64,000 nt of DNA, taken from the NCBI GenBank assembly GCA_027310185.1, contig DAIDBH010000018.1:32001-96000 (forward strand), in the 5' to 3' direction. The stretch comes from Thermoplasmatales archaeon. GTDB lineage: Archaea > Thermoplasmatota > Thermoplasmata > Thermoplasmatales > Thermoplasmataceae. Both the position numbers and the translations under genes were made by a program. The notes under the pieces are model-generated. The model did not search any database, was not told where the DNA came from, and saw only the letters and a program-made list of their open reading frames with translations. Position 1 is the stretch's first letter, and every line of letters begins with the position of its first letter. Below are positions 32,122 to 42,444 of this stretch, piece by piece.

Positions 32122-32794
32122 CCCTTAAATGTTCAGATGTTTCTTCCATCATTTTAGTGTAATCCCTGAGAGAAATGTAGCCTGAAATGAACCAACACCC
32201 TGAAGCTATAAGCCAGATGAAGCCGTATAATGTGTAACCATATCCAATGAAAGAAGATAATGTGCTTAATGCAGCGCTGAAAAGAAAGCTTCCCGAAGAG
32301 AGGTACCCTTCAAAAGGGATTTCTCCCATGTCTTTCTTCATTCCCCTGAATATGCCAGTATAAATGAGCAAGAAGATAATAAATAGTCCAATGAGCCCAA
32401 TAGGGTATCTCAGGATACCAGATGCAAGGAACAGGATCATGATGAAAAGCAGGACATTTATGAATATGGTGGCAATCCTGTTTCTTATGCCTTCCTCAAC
32501 AAATCCCCTGCTCAATTTTCCCAGAGCTCTTGCTCTCTTAAAGAGAGATGTAGTAACATACATGGCCATGAAGAATATGGCTCCATAGATCACCAAATAT
32601 AGAATTATCTGGATCGTCTGGTTTCTTATACCAGCAATTGGGATATAAACGGTGTCAAATAAAGCAATTGCAATTGCCCATACTATATAGTATAAACCCC
32701 ATGTTTTCTTTAGGATCTTCCTATCCAGCCTGACAGCCTCCATGGTGACCTTTCTTATCTGGTCAATCGCCTGATCCAGCTCAGACTCCGTCAC
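32114..32794 (-). CDS. Membrane protein (about 6 TM)
   Basis: Hydrophobic segments; overlaps both neighbours, so part of the operon. Confidence 0.8.
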   Translation of the reverse strand: MTESELDQAIDQIRKVTMEAVRLDRKILKKTWGLYYIVWAIAIALFDTVYIPIAGIRNQTIQIILYLVIYGAIFFMAMYVTTSLFKRARALGKLSRGFVEEGIRNRIATIFINVLLFIMILFLASGILRYPIGLIGLFIIFLLIYTGIFRGMKKDMGEIPFEGYLSSGSFLFSAALSTLSSFIGYGYTLYGFIWLIASGCWFISGYISLRDYTKMMEETSEHLRVD

Positions 32795-33597
32795 ACTCTT
32801 CTGGCCTCCTCAATAGATCTGGCCTTTATCTTCTTCACCAGTATCATGTTCAGTACTAGCAATACAAGTATCCATATAAAAATAGACGTCAGTAGCAGAT
32901 AGCCATTTACATCTCCACCAGAAACGGTTACAAGATCAAGCGGTAATTCCCTGCCATAGAATGCCTGAAGGAATAACCTCAATATTGCAGTAAAGGGTGA
33001 ACCATAGACTATATACAGTGGCAATCCTACATCAAGTGCACTCAATCCGAACAGATATGAGAGCAATTGTGGGAGCATCATTAAAAAAGATATATTTTTT
33101 AATCCAATATAATTGTTCGCTGCAATAACAAGGAACACGGCAAGAAGAAACATGAAAACTCCAGTGAGTACAAACAGTCCAACTGTTTCCGGTATCTCTA
33201 TTGGATAGATCATATATCCAGCCCGCATACTGAAAACGACTATTATGAGTGCCGTAAGAACACTTCCCACAATTAGATTCACCACTGCGCTGGATGCCAT
33301 GAGGTTGTAAATGTAGTTAAATGGTTTCAGGACTGTGTACTTGAATGAATATATGAGAGATGAATTTGCATAGTATACTGAATATGCCACAGAGGTGCTT
33401 AGAACAGAGCCTGCTATGAGCCCAATAAATGCAAACCATTCTGACGTGTATTCCAGGCTGCTGTTATGTGTGGAAAAACTGGAGGAACCATCAAGGAAAT
33501 AAGCTCCCATCACAATCCAGAAAAACATGAATCCTATGGACCATCCCAGAAGAGACTTGTTTGTAAGAAGGCTTTTTGTGTAATATCTGCCTATCAT
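32791..33597 (-). CDS. ABC-2 type exporter permease
   Basis: About 6 TM; ATGA overlap with the ABC ATPase gene. Confidence 0.75.
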   Translation of the reverse strand: MIGRYYTKSLLTNKSLLGWSIGFMFFWIVMGAYFLDGSSSFSTHNSSLEYTSEWFAFIGLIAGSVLSTSVAYSVYYANSSLIYSFKYTVLKPFNYIYNLMASSAVVNLIVGSVLTALIIVVFSMRAGYMIYPIEIPETVGLFVLTGVFMFLLAVFLVIAANNYIGLKNISFLMMLPQLLSYLFGLSALDVGLPLYIVYGSPFTAILRLFLQAFYGRELPLDLVTVSGGDVNGYLLLTSIFIWILVLLVLNMILVKKIKARSIEEARRV

Positions 33598-34385
33598 AGT
33601 GCCACCTCATCAAATATGGAATTCAGGTTGCTGACAGAAGCTATATGGACATCTCCTTTGCCAAGAGTTATTGAGAATTTTCCAAGATCTGATTCAATGA
33701 GGCCCATGTTACCTGGCACATCCCCCTTTGATACATAGAGATCCTTAAGCATATTAGCGTTGAATTTACCATATACGTGGCCGTCCAGGATGAAATAAAG
33801 AGACCAGCCTTCCAGGTAATTGACCAGATTCAGTTCATGGGTGTTCAAAAATATATCTGCCTTGATGTCCTTCAGCATTCTTATAAGTCTTATCCTCCTA
33901 GACTGGTCAACATTATCAAATGGTTCATCAAGTAGTATAACTGAAGGAGAAAAACTCAAGGCAAGTATATTCCCTACCATCTTCTGCTCTCCTGAGCTCA
34001 GCTGGAATATTTTCTTCTTCAATATGCTTCTAAGCTGAAAATCATCCATCAGCCTGAAGGCATATGTCGGATCGCTCTTCTTCAGTTCCGCAAAAATTTG
34101 AATCAGGTCAGAAATTGTTCCCGAAGTCAATCTATATACTTCTGGAAGATTTGTTGCCAGTCCCAGATACCCCTGAATTTTGCTCACTTCAACATTATCA
34201 ATTGTTACCTCACCATGGGTTTTTTCAAGGATTCCGAGTAATAACTTTATAACGCTCGTTTTTCCGGATCCGTTTGGCCCGATCATAACCACTTTCTCTC
34301 CGCTCAGTGAAATGTTTACATTATTCAGGGCGGCTCTTCCATCACCACCTGAATAGCGGGCTGTAACGTTCTTCAATTCAATCAT
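33594..34385 (-). CDS. ABC transporter ATP-binding protein
   Basis: GPNGSGKT, signature LSSGE, ILLDEPF, H-loop NTHE. Confidence 0.92.
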   Translation of the reverse strand: MIELKNVTARYSGGDGRAALNNVNISLSGEKVVMIGPNGSGKTSVIKLLLGILEKTHGEVTIDNVEVSKIQGYLGLATNLPEVYRLTSGTISDLIQIFAELKKSDPTYAFRLMDDFQLRSILKKKIFQLSSGEQKMVGNILALSFSPSVILLDEPFDNVDQSRRIRLIRMLKDIKADIFLNTHELNLVNYLEGWSLYFILDGHVYGKFNANMLKDLYVSKGDVPGNMGLIESDLGKFSITLGKGDVHIASVSNLNSIFDEVAL

Positions 34386-34483
34386 AAAATGAAATGTTCA
34401 GAGACCTATTAAAAAGATACAGGAGTTCAAAATTTGAACTAAGTCAATTTCGAAAGGAAAAAAAGTGGTTTGAAAATATGGCT

Positions 34484-36505
34484 TTACCAGATGAATATCT
34501 TCTTTTCAAGTCCCTTCTTGATCTTGGAGAGCTCCATGAAGGAGGAATCAAACTTCTCGTGGTTCATAACCGGGATAGAACCCCTGAATACATTGGGAGA
34601 ATGCGGATCTATGGATATTCTTCTCCTTATCTCAGGTTCCCTGTTGTTTCCCCTCCATATCTGTGCCCACGATAGGAAGAACCTCTGTTCCGGTGTGAAG
34701 CCATCAATCTTCCTGTTGAGTTCAGGATTCTTCTTCAGCCTTCTCTGCAATGCCTCGAAAGCAATGCTCACTCCCCCAAGATCTGCAATATTCTCTCCCA
34801 GGGTTAGTTTTCCATTAACATGTAGTCCTGGCAGAACTTCCAGGGAATCATAAAGCTTTACAACCTCATCTGCCCTTTCCGTGAACTTCTTCGCGTCCTC
34901 CTCTGTCCACCAGTCCTTCAGGTTTCCATCCATGTCATATCGTCTTCCCTGATCATCAAATCCATGGGTGATCTCGTGTGAGATTACACCTCCAATTCCA
35001 CCATAATTAACCGCATCGTCCATGGTAGCGTCAAAGAATGGTGGCTGAAGTATGCCCGCAGGAAATACTATCTCATTTTCTGTCGGTGAAAAGTAGGCGT
35101 TTACCGTTGGTGGTGTCATAAGCCACAGTTCCCTGTCAACCTGTTCACCTATTCTTGAAGATTCCCTTTTGAACTCAAAGTTTTCAGACCTCATAACATT
35201 TCCAAGGAGATCATCCTTCTTTATCTGAATGGATGAGTAATCAATGAACTTTGTTGGGTATCCGATCTTGGCCCTGAACTTGCTGAATTTTTCAAGTGCC
35301 TTTTTCTTCGTTACCTCACTCATCCATGGTAAATTCTTCAGTTTCTCCTCGAAGACAGATCTAATGTCATTAACCATTGTTTCCATCCTTTCCCTTGCTT
35401 CTTTACCGAATTCCTGTTCCACATATAGTTCTCCAAGGGCCTCACCAATCGATCTGTCAACAATATTCACTGCCTTCTTCCATCTTTTCTCAGGCACTTC
35501 CTGTCCCAGAAGTTTCCTGTTGAAGAAATCAAAATGCTCCATCTCAGCAGCTTCATGAAGGTAGGGTGCAGCATAATTGATCGTGTTCCATTTCAGGTAT
35601 ACTTTCAGGTCTTCCAGTGAAAACTCTTCAAGCATTTTATTCACGGCTTCCAGCACTTCAGGCTGCCCAACAACTATGTATTCAGTTTTAGGCACTTCAG
35701 AAAGTTCAAGGTATTTCACAAGATTCAATTTCCCGAATTTTTCATTAAGTTCACTGTAAGATATCCTGTTGTAATTCTTCTCAGAATCTCTGAGATCTGC
35801 CTGCGGTCTGCTTGCCTTTGCAATGTAAGTTTCTATTTTCATGACCTTATCTGCAAAATCCTTTGACTCCCCATCAGAAGATCCGTACATGGTGAACATA
35901 TTCTGCATATGTTTCACAAAATATTCCCTTGTCTTCTGGAATGAATCCTGGATATAGTAATCCCTGTTTGGCAGTGAAAGCCCACCCTGATATATGTAGA
36001 ATGCATAGACTGAACTGTTCTTCTCATCTGGCATAGAGAAAACAGAAAAGAAATTTCCTATGCCATTTGAATGCAGGTACTGTGAAACTTCCACTATTTC
36101 TTCCTTGTTCCTGACATTGCTTATCTTTTCCATTATGGGCTTTACCGGCTCGAATTTTTTTTCCTCCAGCTTCTTCTGATCCATTATGGAAACATAGAAA
36201 TCTCCGACCATTTTTTCTATGTCTCTCTTATTGCCGCTCTCAAGAGCACATTTCTCGAGTATCTTTCCAAGGATGTATATGTTCCTGTCCCTGAGCTCCA
36301 TGAACCCTCCCCATGAGGATTTGTCGGGTGGAATTGGATGTGTGTCTATCCATTTTCCATTTGCAAACCTGTAAAAGTTTGCCATTGGGTCTTCATTCAC
36401 ATCCATGTTATGGATTGAAAATTTTGCTTCTTCAGGCCTTTCCTTCGGATCTATTTTTTCAATAAAACTGCTATCAGCCATGTCACCTGTATCCACTAAT
36501 TCCAT
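34484..36505 (-). CDS. M13 family metalloendopeptidase (PepO/neprilysin-like)
   Basis: VNAYF.P..NEIVFPAGILQPPFF, NYGGIG.VI.HEITHGFDDQG, TLGENIADLGG, DPHSP. Confidence 0.95.
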   Translation of the reverse strand: MELVDTGDMADSSFIEKIDPKERPEEAKFSIHNMDVNEDPMANFYRFANGKWIDTHPIPPDKSSWGGFMELRDRNIYILGKILEKCALESGNKRDIEKMVGDFYVSIMDQKKLEEKKFEPVKPIMEKISNVRNKEEIVEVSQYLHSNGIGNFFSVFSMPDEKNSSVYAFYIYQGGLSLPNRDYYIQDSFQKTREYFVKHMQNMFTMYGSSDGESKDFADKVMKIETYIAKASRPQADLRDSEKNYNRISYSELNEKFGKLNLVKYLELSEVPKTEYIVVGQPEVLEAVNKMLEEFSLEDLKVYLKWNTINYAAPYLHEAAEMEHFDFFNRKLLGQEVPEKRWKKAVNIVDRSIGEALGELYVEQEFGKEARERMETMVNDIRSVFEEKLKNLPWMSEVTKKKALEKFSKFRAKIGYPTKFIDYSSIQIKKDDLLGNVMRSENFEFKRESSRIGEQVDRELWLMTPPTVNAYFSPTENEIVFPAGILQPPFFDATMDDAVNYGGIGGVISHEITHGFDDQGRRYDMDGNLKDWWTEEDAKKFTERADEVVKLYDSLEVLPGLHVNGKLTLGENIADLGGVSIAFEALQRRLKKNPELNRKIDGFTPEQRFFLSWAQIWRGNNREPEIRRRISIDPHSPNVFRGSIPVMNHEKFDSSFMELSKIKKGLEKKIFIW

Positions 36506-36663
36506 TATAACTCTTATCCGTTTTATTAAGGTACTTCCGGTAATTTTAAAATATTTACACTCAGTAAAGTTGTAGTGAAGTAATGTATTATCTAATAAAT
36601 ATATTAAAAGAATTTGCCTGTGCGATTATATAAAAAATATAAGACACATACTGATTACCAGAA

Positions 36664-37653
36664 ATGATTCTTTCAGTTGATGGTGGAGCAACCAAAACAT
36701 GTGCACTTCTTTTCGATGAGACATCAAAGAGACTATTATCAGTAGGACTTGCAGGTCCATCCAATTTTACTGCTGTACCGGAAAGCGTAGCCTCAGAAAA
36801 TATTAAAAGCACAGTCATGCAGGTGGAAGAAAAAAGTGGAATCAGCATCAATGACCAGACAAGGATTATCATAGGGCTGGCAGGAATCGGAGATTCGACA
36901 GGTGCAACGGAAAGAGGGAAAAATATGCTGGGGGACATTTTCCACAGGAGCGATCTCAGGATCGAGAATGATGGTTTCGTCGCATACAGGATGTCAAATA
37001 TGTTCAGTGATGGCGTGGTATTTGCACCGGGTACAGGAAGCGTTGGCATGTTCCAGAAGGATGGGAAAATAACCCGAATAGGAGGGTGGGGATGGTTTGC
37101 AGGAGATGAAGGGTCAGCGTCATGGATAGGAAGGGAAGCAATCAGGACAGCAGAAAGGCAGATGGACGGAATACTTGAAGGAAATGATTTTGTAAATCTG
37201 GTTTCAGGGCATTTTGGTGAAGATTTTCGCGAGGTAGTAGGATCACTGGAAAGAGATCACAACAAGAGAAAAGTTGCTTTACTAAGCCCAAAGGTAGTTG
37301 AAATGGCAAGGAGTGGTGAAAAATATGCCACGGAAATAATTAAAAGTGCAGCTAATTATGATGCGTTGATTGTGAATTCCATGCTTAAATCCTTTAAAGA
37401 TTGCCCTGAAGTCTCTGTTCTTGGAGGTACTATGATCGCTGGTTCAATAATCAGGGACAGGATTTCTTCCAGCGTCAGGTGCAAGATAAGATTCTTCAAT
37501 GGATATCACGTAGCGATAGGTGGAATAGTGCTTGCTTTGAGCGAACAGGGCAACACTGTTAATACAGCTTTAAGAGACAGCATAATTGAAGATCTGGATG
37601 AAAGAATCAGGAACTTTGATCACGAAATAAGGATTAATTCACTGGGCTATTAA
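36664..37653 (+). CDS. BadF/BadG/BcrA/BcrD-fold sugar kinase (GlcNAc kinase/hexokinase-like)
   Basis: VDGGATKT, GLAG, ND, GTGS, RIGGWGWF.GDEGSA.WIG. Confidence 0.88.
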   Translation: MILSVDGGATKTCALLFDETSKRLLSVGLAGPSNFTAVPESVASENIKSTVMQVEEKSGISINDQTRIIIGLAGIGDSTGATERGKNMLGDIFHRSDLRIENDGFVAYRMSNMFSDGVVFAPGTGSVGMFQKDGKITRIGGWGWFAGDEGSASWIGREAIRTAERQMDGILEGNDFVNLVSGHFGEDFREVVGSLERDHNKRKVALLSPKVVEMARSGEKYATEIIKSAANYDALIVNSMLKSFKDCPEVSVLGGTMIAGSIIRDRISSSVRCKIRFFNGYHVAIGGIVLALSEQGNTVNTALRDSIIEDLDERIRNFDHEIRINSLGY

Positions 37654-37769
37654 AAATAAATTACTTCATTATAATTAAACAGATTTTCAGGAACTTAGAT
37701 CCAGTATGGTATTTAAAATACACTAATCGGTATATCCAATAAGATTATTATATATAAGAAAGATTTCAA

Positions 37770-39350
37770 TTGTCTGGAATGAACACAATCAAAGATATTT
37801 CAAATTCGATTCTCTCAAAGATGAAGCCAAGGGTAATCATTATAATTTCCCTGGTATGCATCCTGATATTTCCGGCAGTACTCATAGAAAATAGTTCCAT
37901 TCCAACCAGCGACTCTAACCTGTATCTTCTCAGCTCTCCCTATGATCAGGGGCCAGTATTCCTGGGACCACCACCAAGCAGTAACAGTTCTCAAACATAT
38001 TATCTGCTAAATAACAAACTCAATCCTGGTTCTAACCTGTCTCTTAAACTAAATGTTTCTGCCCAGACCTATAACCTGTTTTTCAAAAATTATAGCTCCA
38101 TCAATATATACTTCCGGCAGAAGACTGGAAATCAGGGTAATTTTACACTCAACGATTCGGTTTTGACATCACTTTTGCCTGAAAAGTATGATAATAAGGA
38201 GTATACCATTCAAAGCTATTATCTTGAGAACTATACGGTTCTAAATTCCAGGGGTCATCAACTGGCAAACCAGAAGGATGAAAGATTTGGATTCAACTCT
38301 TATGAAATCATAAATGTGAAGAATAAAAATTTAATGGGGAATTTCTACATAGCTTACCTCCCTTCATATCTTTTAGGATACTACGGTCTTGCACCTGTTA
38401 TTATGTTTAATGGACCTCATGCTGGAAATTACAATTTATCATATCATCTGTATAATCCACAGAACAACAATTCAGTGGGATCAATGGTATACCTGGGTAA
38501 TTTCTCATTCAATAAACCTTACTCCTTTAATTCCAACGAGCAAACTGTCCTATCAATGAATGAGGCATATAATGTTACGTTCTTCGTGAATGGAACTGCA
38601 ATAGCAACCAATTATCAAAACAGTGTTTTCGCATCCTCTTCCTCGAGCATATCATTCCTGGGATTACTTGGCAACACCGGATCGGAGATAATGCTTCTTG
38701 TAACAGTGTTTATGGTGTTGATGCTGTTCGTGCCAATGTTCAATCCCTCTGTTTACAAATATTATCTATCCCTGCCAAGGAAGAGATGGTATACAGTCAT
38801 TAGTGAATTTGCATCGTCTATCATGACAATGTCCATATTTGAGGGATTCGCATTCGCTGCCACTTATATCATATCAGAATCACTTTTGCACTATTCACTA
38901 TCAAGCCTTGCATTTGTTTACATCTACCTGTTCAGTATTGCTGCTTTTACTGTATTTGCCTCACTTTACCTTTTGGTAGGTGTGTACTTCATAGGCAGGG
39001 CAACGCCAAAAACCTTCCTCACCATATTCCTGGTGCTGGGATACCCCATTATTGATTCCATTTCGCAGGCAATTTTTGAGTTAGGATCTTTATTGCCATT
39101 TTATTCTAGTAATTCCCTTTTCAAGCCAGTGCTAGAAAACATACGAACACTGAATGTCATCAGTGGCATATTGCCCGTACTTAATGTGGAAGAATTGAAC
39201 AGCTATTTCCTGAGAAGTCCGGTCAGTGGAGTGATAATGCTGAATCATCTCTCAATATTCGATCTGTCTCCCATAATATTCCTGTCATCCATAATTGGAA
39301 TTTCATTGGCTTTGTTTTACCTGTCAATAAAGAGGTATTACAGGTACTAA
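37770..39350 (+). CDS. Membrane protein with large extracellular N-glycosylation-rich loop (ABC-permease-like C-terminus)
   Basis: One N-terminal TM, a loop of about 250 aa with about 13 N-X-S/T sequons, then about 5 TM with a YYLSLP..R motif. Confidence 0.75.
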   Translation: MSGMNTIKDISNSILSKMKPRVIIIISLVCILIFPAVLIENSSIPTSDSNLYLLSSPYDQGPVFLGPPPSSNSSQTYYLLNNKLNPGSNLSLKLNVSAQTYNLFFKNYSSINIYFRQKTGNQGNFTLNDSVLTSLLPEKYDNKEYTIQSYYLENYTVLNSRGHQLANQKDERFGFNSYEIINVKNKNLMGNFYIAYLPSYLLGYYGLAPVIMFNGPHAGNYNLSYHLYNPQNNNSVGSMVYLGNFSFNKPYSFNSNEQTVLSMNEAYNVTFFVNGTAIATNYQNSVFASSSSSISFLGLLGNTGSEIMLLVTVFMVLMLFVPMFNPSVYKYYLSLPRKRWYTVISEFASSIMTMSIFEGFAFAATYIISESLLHYSLSSLAFVYIYLFSIAAFTVFASLYLLVGVYFIGRATPKTFLTIFLVLGYPIIDSISQAIFELGSLLPFYSSNSLFKPVLENIRTLNVISGILPVLNVEELNSYFLRSPVSGVIMLNHLSIFDLSPIIFLSSIIGISLALFYLSIKRYYRY

Positions 39351-39696
39351 ACTATAGAATTTGGGCAATGTATTGATCGCTTGAACCAAAATTATAGGAT
39401 TGAATTGCTCTAATCATTGAACAGGTTAAGAATTAACTACAGGATAAAAATAGTTGAAGGTGAGGTGTGAAATTGATAAAGTAGAATAGTAATTATTCTA
39501 ATTTCAACCATTTGCTACTATCTAACAGTGGGAGAATTTACTGAAAAAAATGAGCTCTATAACACAGTTAAAGATCATATATTCCTGAAATAAGAGAAAG
39601 TAATCATCCATGTCCTGAAAATTGATAAGATTATTTCAGGGAAAACTGATCAATGTATGAGGATAAATTTATTATGCTCCTAGAAGTAATAAGGCA

Positions 39697-39903
39697 ATGA
39701 AAAAAAGCATCTATGCGATCATTACTATTGGTATTATTTCCATAGTGATTTTAGCAATCAATGTTATGGCTTTTTTATATAATGACGTAACTGAGTATCT
39801 CTACGTTCTGGACATGGTATATGTCATCGGCAACAGTGCACATCTTGTGGCATTGTCCATATCTTCCAGTGGACTGGACATAAGTTCTCAGGGTAACAAA
39901 TAA
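39697..39903 (+). CDS. Small hydrophobic protein
   Basis: MKK plus hydrophobic helix, 68 aa; TTTATTAT box upstream. Confidence 0.45.
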   Translation: MKKSIYAIITIGIISIVILAINVMAFLYNDVTEYLYVLDMVYVIGNSAHLVALSISSSGLDISSQGNK

Positions 39904-40387
39904 ACAAATTTTTAATAGTTCTGGAAAAGCCATAATCAATCAAGGCATCCAGTAGGTCAATGTTGAGGAAAATTGAATGAAGTTGATAATTATTGAAAAA
40001 TAAGTTTACTCACGCCCAATGATCCTTACTGTTTCATTTCCAACACTGAAGGCATAATAATTAATGACCCAGTCACTGATATTCCTGGCAACATCACATG
40101 GATCTAACTCAGGTATGTCAATCTGTTTAAGATTAATGTTGGAAAGGCGATAATGGTTGGTAGAAAATGTCTATATATTAACACAGGTTAATTGTTCATG
40201 TGAGTGAAGTCAACTTACTTGATGAAAACCATGGCCATTTCAAGTTTAATAGACTATCTGTAACAAAGTTCAATGAAAATAAACTAAAAAGTATTAAAAG
40301 TCATAAACCGAAACACTGGAAAGAGACAATATTTTGCTTTATGGCATTCAATAGAGCAAAAATAAAGATTTTAAAGGAGGGTAATGC

Positions 40388-40621
40388 ATGAAACCATTCT
40401 CCAATACGGTGAATATACCACTGTTAATAATAGCAATTGGAGTGCTTGCATATTTTCTAATAGATCTTGAAACAATTGTGCGAGGAATTGCAGTTATTAC
40501 CGGGCCGATATACCCACTTTACATTTCAATTGGTGTTTCAGTTCTTACAATTATGCTAATTATATCTTCTATCCTGGCAAGAATCAAGTGGGAGAGAGAT
40601 CACAAAGAGGAAGAAATTTGA
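40388..40621 (+). CDS. Small 2-TM membrane protein
   Basis: AAGGAGG Shine-Dalgarno upstream; two hydrophobic helices and a charged tail. Confidence 0.65.
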   Translation: MKPFSNTVNIPLLIIAIGVLAYFLIDLETIVRGIAVITGPIYPLYISIGVSVLTIMLIISSILARIKWERDHKEEEI

Positions 40622-40687
40622 AAGATGAATAATGAAATGCAAATATGGTGAGTTTTTAGAATCCACATCCCTAAAAAATATATTCAG

Positions 40688-41671
40688 TCACCAGTACTGA
40701 TGTACCAGTGGTTTTATCTCTTTCGTGTAGACCTGTTAGACCACTTTCATGGTGTCATCATTAAGATCAGGCATATCCGAAGCAGTTGCATTTTCTTTTA
40801 TTTGGGTCACCCTCTTTGCCCCTGTTATTACTGTAGAAACCTGCTTATGCATCAATATCCACTTCAATGCAAATTCTGTCATCGTAAAGCCAGTAGGTAG
40901 AAACTGCTTCAATTCATTTACAGTTCGGATACCAAGATTAAAATCAACTCCTGCAAACGTTTCTCCCCTATCGAAGGCCTCACCATTCCTGTTAAACCTC
41001 CTGTGATCATCTCCTTCAAATTCTTCCGTTCCTTTGAACTTTCCAGTGAGTAATCCTGAAGCCAGCGGAACTCTTGCTATTATACCAATATTCCTCTTCT
41101 CTGCCAGTTCAAAGAAATAATCTGATGGTCTCTGCCTGAACATGTTGAATATAATCTGCACAGTTGACACTCCAGGATATTCTGAAGCCTTTATGGCTTC
41201 TTCAACCTTTTCAACACTCACACCATAATTCAGGATCAGTCCCTCTTCCTTCAATTTATCCATGGAGTTAAAAAGTTCTGGGATATAGTACACCTCCCAT
41301 GGAGGACAGTGCAGTTGAAGCAATTCAATTTCTTTCAAGTTCAAATTCTTCAGGCTTTTCTCTACGAATCCTTTAATATTTTTGTAGTTGTATCCTGCAG
41401 CGATATGTGGATTTAATCTTCTTCCAGCCTTCGTGGCAACGTGAATCTGGTCTCCATATTCTTTCTTTAGTTCTCCAATAAGTCTCTCAGACCTGCCATC
41501 TCCATAAACATCTGCAGTATCAAAGAAATTTATACCACTTTCCACAGCAGCATGAAGTGTTTTCCTGGATTCATCATCGTTCACCTCTCCCCATGTTCCA
41601 CCTATTGCCCATGCCCCAAATCCTATTTCAGACACTTTAATTCCAGTTTTTCCAAGTGTTCTATATTTCAT
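40688..41671 (-). pseudogene. Aldo/keto reductase with premature TAA near the C-terminus
   Basis: YR.LG.TG..VSEIGFGAW.IGG.WG, DTADVYG.G.SE, QLHCPP, RVPLASGLL. TAA at 40736-40738 is followed in frame by QVYTKEIKPLVHQYW and TGA. Confidence 0.75.
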
Positions 41672-41726
41672 ATTTCCAACCTTCTATTAATTATAAATTG
41701 AAAAGCTCAATTGATAATTTATTACC

Positions 41727-42200
41727 CTATTGAGTCATCCATTTAAGATCCTCTGGTATACCCCTGTTCTGAGCTATATACTTGAAAACCAATGCACTGG
41801 GTCGCATTTGAATCTTTTTGGTCTTTAGATCAACACCAAGTAATCCGAATTTCATTCCAAAACCAGATGACCACTTATAATTATCTAAAAGTGACCAATG
41901 AAGGTAACCCCTGACGTCTATTCCATCATTGATTGCTTTTTCAACCTGATGAATATGGGAAACAAGATATTTTGGTCTCAGTAAATCGAATGAGTCTGAG
42001 AGTCCATTTTCTGTTACAATCATAGGAAACTTATAATGCTCATGATACTGCTTCAGAACGTTATAAAGTCCTTCTGGGTATAATTCCCAGCCAAAATCGC
42101 TTACTTCAAGACCCGCTTTACTTTTCATTCCTGCTACAGCGTTGTGACCATAACCTCTAACAACTGTATAACTCCCTTCCTTTCTTGATATTACATTCCT
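41727..42200 (-). pseudogene. 3' remnant of a GH1 beta-glycosidase (LacS-type)
   Basis: SDFGWE.YPEGLY, IVTENG, RP.YL.SH, VRGYLHWSL.DNY(K)W.SGF..KFGL. The N-terminal two-thirds, with the acid/base NEP motif, is absent. Confidence 0.9.
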
Positions 42201-42201
42201 A

Positions 42202-42444
42202 TGTCCATGGATAGAAATCGGAAGGAAGGAAGATAACGCGGCTGAATTCTTAATAATGATCAATCACGGCCCAGAATCATCATCGATCGTTTCAACTAGA
42301 AACAGTGACTTCATGAAAATTGGAGGAAACGCTGAAGTTAAAAAAATGAACGGAAATAATATGGAGGTCCACTTCCCTCCTGGGGGTGTACTGGTGGTTA
42401 AGGGCAAGGGTGGAAAACAGAATAAAATTAGCTCAAAAAATTAA
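42202..42444 (+). pseudogene. Probable 3' remnant of a glycosidase (GH42 C-terminal-domain-like)
   Basis: The frame extends upstream of ATG 42256 as CPWIEIGRKEDNAAEFLIMINHG...VHFPPGGVLVV, resembling beta-galactosidase C-terminal beta-sandwiches. It begins where the GH1 remnant ends. Confidence 0.5.

Noticed and set aside
40200-40391. 63-aa ORF with GTG start
   Set aside because: AT-rich, no motif and no clear initiation signal; likely the upstream region of the 40388 gene.
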